Source: a bacterium (GTDB lineage Bacteria; Hinthialibacterota; Hinthialibacteria; Hinthialibacterales; Hinthialibacteraceae). From it: a stretch of DNA of 27,723 nucleotides. The stretch covers positions 1 to 27,723 of the forward strand of contig JBHGBC010000077.1 in the NCBI GenBank assembly GCA_041946805.1, in the 5' to 3' direction. Numbering within the stretch: position 1 is the stretch's first letter; every line of letters starts with the position of its first letter. The position numbers and the translations under genes are program-made. Below the pieces are notes generated by a model, which saw only the letters and a program-made list of their open reading frames with translations, had not been told where the DNA came from and did no database searches. Below, piece by piece: positions 24,345-27,723 of the stretch.

Positions 24345-24743
24345 TTCGATCGGGCGCGCCGAAGTAAGAACTGCCGCGGAAATTTAGATTGTAGAATCAG
24401 TATAATTCCCCCCTCCCCGCCGCGTAATCCTCGAAGAGATAGGGGGGTATATGCAGCGTGGCAAAACGAGTAACCCATCGGCTCTCCTGATCCCCCACGT
24501 ATAGGTTGCATGGATTAGCGCGCGGCGCGTCATCCATCCATACCCTGGTCATCTTGACCATCCTGATCCTCTACATTCAGACTAACAGACATCCCTCACC
24601 CCGGGACACAGGCCCCGGCCTGGCGGTCCTCGGAGCGCGTTGCCGAATACTCCCGCGGGCAACCGCCCTGGATCCCCGCGTTCGCTTGAATGACTTCTTT
24701 TTCAAAATCCAAGGAGAATCCCGCCACTTCCGGTTGATTTACA

Positions 24744-24772
24744 TTGTTTGATCTCTCCCGGCCAAGTACAAT
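24744..24772 (+). promoter_or_regulatory. Candidate sigma70 promoter for accA
   Basis: TTGTTT, a 17-nt spacer, then TACAAT, about 80 nt upstream of ATG 24853. Confidence 0.4.
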
Positions 24773-24852
24773 ACCATCCGTCTTGATTGGTAATACGCGC
24801 TTCGTTGCATCGATCGGTCCTTACCATTCTATCGCGGCGGGAACCACCGGCT

Positions 24853-25833
24853 ATGCGTTACCTGGAATTTGAAAAACCTCTGCGGGAAATTGAATCCAAG
24901 ATCGAACAACTGGAGGTCTACGCGTCCTCCCGGAATATCGATTTGTCGGATGAGATCAAACCGCTCAAGGAGAAGTTGAACAGCCTCCTCGATGAAATTT
25001 TCTCTCATCTGACGCCCTGGCAACGGGTCCAACTGGCCCGGCACCCCGACCGGCCCTACTGCCTGGATTTCCTCTCGATCATCGGCGAGGATTTCACCGA
25101 GCTGCACGGCGACCGGGCGTTCCGGGACGACGAAGCCATCGTGGCCGGATTCTGCTCGATCGGCGGGCGCTCCGTGGCGGTGGTCGGCCATCAGAAGGGA
25201 CGGGACACGGAAGAGAATATCCGCCGCAATTTCGGCATGGCGCATCCCGAGGGATTCCGCAAGGCGCGGCGCATCATGGACACCGCCAACCGCATGCGGT
25301 TGCCGGTCGTCACCTTCATCGACTCGCCGGGGGCCTTTCCGGGCATCGGGGCGGAAGAGCGCGGCCAGCACCTGGTCATCGCCGAGAACCTCGAGGCCAT
25401 GTCCCAATACACCATCCCCATCGTGTGCGTGGTGACCGGTGAGGGCGGCAGCGGCGGGGCCTTGGCCATCGGCGTGGGCAACCGCGTGCTGATGCTCGAA
25501 AACGCCTACTACGCCGTGTGCACGCCGGAAGCCTGCGCGGCCATCATTCTGCGGGACCGGACCCAGGCCTCCAGCATCGCCGGGACCATGAAAATCGTCT
25601 CGTCCGATCTCAAGCAGCTGGAATTGATTGACGAGGTCATTCCGGAACCGTTGGGGGGGGCGCACCGCAATCCGGCCCAGACCGCTCACCACATCAAGGA
25701 CGCGGTGTTGCGCCATTTGGCGGAACTGGATGCCTTGGACGCGAAAGGACTGGTTGAAGACCGCTACAACCGCTTCCGGCGGATGGGCGTCTTTTACGAA
25801 GCGCAGACGCCGGGGATCGCCCCCGTGAGTTGA
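24853..25833 (+). CDS. accA: Acetyl-CoA carboxylase carboxyltransferase subunit alpha
   Basis: YLEFEKP, LTPWQRVQLARHPDRP, ELHGDR, GHQKGRDT, RNFGM and GEGGSGGALA. Confidence 0.98.
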   Translation: MRYLEFEKPLREIESKIEQLEVYASSRNIDLSDEIKPLKEKLNSLLDEIFSHLTPWQRVQLARHPDRPYCLDFLSIIGEDFTELHGDRAFRDDEAIVAGFCSIGGRSVAVVGHQKGRDTEENIRRNFGMAHPEGFRKARRIMDTANRMRLPVVTFIDSPGAFPGIGAEERGQHLVIAENLEAMSQYTIPIVCVVTGEGGSGGALAIGVGNRVLMLENAYYAVCTPEACAAIILRDRTQASSIAGTMKIVSSDLKQLELIDEVIPEPLGGAHRNPAQTAHHIKDAVLRHLAELDALDAKGLVEDRYNRFRRMGVFYEAQTPGIAPVS

Positions 25834-26009
25834 CGCGGGCGGTTGTTTCTCCCCGCATGGAGGAACGCGGCTCTGCTGCGGGAGGGATTCATTATTCCCG
25901 GTTTTCTGTATCCGGCCACCCGGCGCGCACGGCTCCATGGCCCGCCGCGCTCAAATCGTTTACTCTCTTCCAAACAACGTGGAGAATCGCTACGCTAAGT
26001 TGAATTTCA

Positions 26010-27723
26010 ATGATGGAAAATAAAAAACGCCCTGAAAGCAACGAGGAAGTCCTGGAACCGGCCGTCGCGCGGGAATCCAAGAAAACGCCCATGGATCAGC
26101 CCCGAACTCCCCGGTCATCGAAACACGCGCTGCGCCGGGAATACCCCCTCCTGCCCTTGCGGGATGTCGTGATTTTCCCGGGAATGGTCATTCCCCTCTT
26201 CATCGGCCGTTCCAAATCCGTCTCCGCCCTGGAAGCGGGGATGCAGGAAGACAAGCGGATCGTCCTGGTGGCCCAGAAGGAAATGGAAGTCGACGAACCC
26301 TCGCCGGAGGATCTCTATTCGGTGGGAACCCTCGTCAACCTGCTGCAGATGCTGAAACTGCCGGACGGCTCCATCAAGGTTCTGGTGGAAGGCGTCTACC
26401 GCGCGCGCATCCAGCGCCTGGTCGCGCAGGAACCCTACTTCGCCGCCGAAATCGAAGTGCTGGAAGACCGCAAGGAACAGGGCGCCAAGGTGCAGGCCCT
26501 GCTGCGCCATGTCAACGACCTGTTCGAATCGTACGTGAAGCTCAACCGCAAGGTGCCGCAGGAGACGTTGCTCTCCATCATCAATCTGGACGATCCCGGG
26601 CGGTTGTCGGACAACATCGCCGCCCATCTCTCGGTCAAGGTCTCCGAAAAACAACGGCTGCTGACCAGTCCCAGCCCCACGACCCGCCTTAAGAACCTCT
26701 CCCAGATTCTGAGCAGCGAACTGGAGATTCTGGAACTGGAGCAGAACATCAAGAACGAAGTCCGCAAGCAGATGGAGCAGTCGCAGAAGGAGTATTATCT
26801 GCACGAACAGATCAAGGCCATCCAGCGTGAACTGGGGAAGGAGACCGAGGGCGGCACGGAGGAATGGTCCAAATACAACCAGCGGATCAAACGGGCGCGG
26901 ATGAGCGCCGAGGCGGAAGAAAAGGCCCTGGAAGAACTGGAGCGGCTGGCCAACATGCCGCCGCTTTCGCCCGAGGCCGCCGTGGTGCGCAATTACCTGG
27001 ATTGGCTATGCGACCTGCCCTGGTCCAAATCGACCAAGGACCGGCTGAACATCGAGGAGGCCGAGAAGATCCTTAACGAAGACCACTATGGCCTGGACAA
27101 ACCCAAGGACCGGATCCTCGAGTTCCTGGCTGTCCGCAAACTGAAGCGGGACATGAAAGGCCCCATCCTGTGCTTCGTGGGGCCGCCCGGCGTCGGCAAG
27201 ACCTCATTGGGCCGTTCCATCGCCCGTTCCATGGGCCGCAAGTTCGTGCGCCTTTCCCTGGGCGGCGTGCGGGACGAGGCCGAGATCCGGGGCCACCGCC
27301 GCACCTACATCGGCTCCATGCCCGGCCGCATCATCCAATCCCTGAAGAAGATCAAGTCGCGCAATCCGGTGTTTCTTCTGGATGAAGTCGACAAGATGAG
27401 CATGGACTTCCGGGGCGATCCCGCCTCCGCGCTGCTCGAAGTGCTCGATCCGGAGCAGAACTACACCTTCAGCGACCATTTTCTGGAAGTGGAGTTCGAC
27501 CTGTCGGACGTGATGTTCGTCGCCACGGCCAATGTCACCTATCCGATCCCTCCGGCCTTGCTGGACCGGATGGAGATCATCGAAATCCCCAGCTACACGG
27601 AAGAGGACAAAATCCACATCGCCCAGGAGTTCTTGATTCCCAAACAGATCAAGAACCACGGCATGACCCGCTTCCAGCCGCAATTCACCAAGGCCAGCGT
27701 CATCCAGATCATCCGCGATTACA
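26010..27723 (+). CDS. lon: ATP-dependent Lon protease, truncated at the right edge
   Basis: Translated manually because it is absent from the ORF track: [42 protein letters not shown], Walker [19 protein letters not shown], Walker B LLDEVDK, and [15 protein letters not shown]. Start is 26010, 26013 or 26091. Confidence 0.97.
   Translation, partial: MMENKKRPESNEEVLEPAVARESKKTPMDQPRTPRSSKHALRREYPLLPLRDVVIFPGMVIPLFIGRSKSVSALEAGMQEDKRIVLVAQKEMEVDEPSPEDLYSVGTLVNLLQMLKLPDGSIKVLVEGVYRARIQRLVAQEPYFAAEIEVLEDRKEQGAKVQALLRHVNDLFESYVKLNRKVPQETLLSIINLDDPGRLSDNIAAHLSVKVSEKQRLLTSPSPTTRLKNLSQILSSELEILELEQNIKNEVRKQMEQSQKEYYLHEQIKAIQRELGKETEGGTEEWSKYNQRIKRARMSAEAEEKALEELERLANMPPLSPEAAVVRNYLDWLCDLPWSKSTKDRLNIEEAEKILNEDHYGLDKPKDRILEFLAVRKLKRDMKGPILCFVGPPGVGKTSLGRSIARSMGRKFVRLSLGGVRDEAEIRGHRRTYIGSMPGRIIQSLKKIKSRNPVFLLDEVDKMSMDFRGDPASALLEVLDPEQNYTFSDHFLEVEFDLSDVMFVATANVTYPIPPALLDRMEIIEIPSYTEEDKIHIAQEFLIPKQIKNHGMTRFQPQFTKASVIQIIRDY

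Noticed and set aside
24506..24751. 81-aa ORF with a hydrophobic stretch
   Set aside because: The LVILTILIL stretch is a by-product of the 9-nt periodic DNA; there is no RBS and codon usage is atypical.
25955..26005. CIRCE or CtsR heat-shock operator before lon
   Set aside because: No match to TTAGCACTC-N9-GAGTGCTAA or to the CtsR heptad repeats.

Overview
GC-rich bacterial chromosomal window made up mostly of housekeeping genes. The left edge holds the 5' end of tuf, with tRNA-Thr(GGT) and a strong sigma70 promoter upstream on the minus strand. Next come a GT4 glycosyltransferase, a class III (prepilin-like) protein, a large secreted DUF362/FG-GAP-repeat fusion, prepilin peptidase, a HIT hydrolase, a TPR lipoprotein coupled to YqeK, and a small membrane protein. 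The conserved run nnrE/D-rny-ymdB-xseA-xseB-ispA-dxs follows. After it lie a YD-like repeat protein, a secreted probable beta-propeller ending in TPVEHWEVY, a coupled HAD hydrolase-DMT transporter pair, accA and a 3'-truncated lon. The prepilin type and the C-terminal tail resemble what I recall from Sumerlaeota/Hinthialibacterota-like candidate phyla; this is an unverified inference. I found no CRISPR array, integrase, transposase or rRNA. The best leads are the candidate C-terminal sorting signal, the secreted DUF362 fusion inside a GT4-pilin-peptidase neighbourhood, the stand-alone YD-like protein, and REP-like or G-quadruplex elements in intergenic DNA. All assignments come from reading motifs by eye; no database searches were run.
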